NCBI GenBank assembly: GCA_030704615.1
Contig: CM060731.1
Coordinates: 67,456,001-67,520,000, forward strand
Length of the DNA: 64,000 nucleotides
DNA from: Takakia lepidozioides
Taxonomy: Eukaryota > Plantae > Bryophyta
Reading direction: 5' to 3'
Shown: one piece after another, positions 63,601 to 64,000 of the stretch
How positions within the stretch are numbered: the first letter of the stretch is position 1
Layout of the letters: each line of letters begins with the position of its first letter
Program-made: the position numbers and the translations under genes
The notes under the pieces: model-generated
Database searches by the model: none
What the model was told of the DNA's origin: nothing
Seen by the model: the letters and a program-made list of their open reading frames with translations, nothing else

Positions 63601-64000
63601 AATGTGATATACTTGAATTTTACAACCCAACAAGCTGGGATGGCTTAAACGAACAGATGCTTTACCAGTCTTGATCTTTTTCGTGTACGTTGCAATGTTT
63701 GTTTCATGGGCGAAGCTTTTCTCAAATGGGATGAGGGAGTCGGAACAACGGGATGTCAACTTGCGTATCACTGCTTCTGGTCAGGCTCCTTCATGATGCA
63801 ATTGTGTCTCAGAAAGCGTTATTTTGTCTCTTTACATGATTTGTTGTATTTCTGAGACCTTAGCAGTTTGTGGAGTAGCACAATGCACTAGGTTCACTAG
63901 ATCCCATACAATGTTCCGTGGGAAGAGGTGCACAACCTCCAATTGTATTGCAACAAGGGAATGATCATAGGAGCCAACTTATCTTGCAATAACACATTTT

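Overview
Eukaryotic nuclear DNA from a land plant, probably a non-seed lineage. That placement is an inference from spliceosomal introns, PLS-DYW PPR genes and moss-type transposon proteins. Host genes are a DHRSX-like SDR (18.7-21.6 kb), a PLS-DYW PPR gene (24.6-26.1 kb), a coiled-coil RING E3 (51-57.8 kb) and the 5' part of a POB1/LRB-like BTB gene (from 60.2 kb). Pseudogene-like pieces include RPL27, a lone DYW domain, PPR fragments and a U6 copy, set among LINE, Ty3, CACTA, Harbinger and hAT remnants. There is a complete 11.7-kb MULE (38761-50506, 9-bp TSD) carrying a Ulp1-like protease. It is interrupted by a hAT MITE and nested in a TTAA-flanked piggyBac-like element. The most unusual region is 4.6-12.2 kb. 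Here a GCM-like-domain MULE-type DDE transposase lies head-to-head with a gene for a ParB/Srx-like (DGNHR) protein. The 3.4-kb intron of that gene is an array of about 26 units of 116-127 bp. Each unit is built around a 36-bp palindrome (GCTCAAACAGTGTGCG-NNNN-CGCACACTGTTTGAGC) whose 4-nt loop occurs in both orientations. All calls are from reading motifs by eye; no database searches were run.
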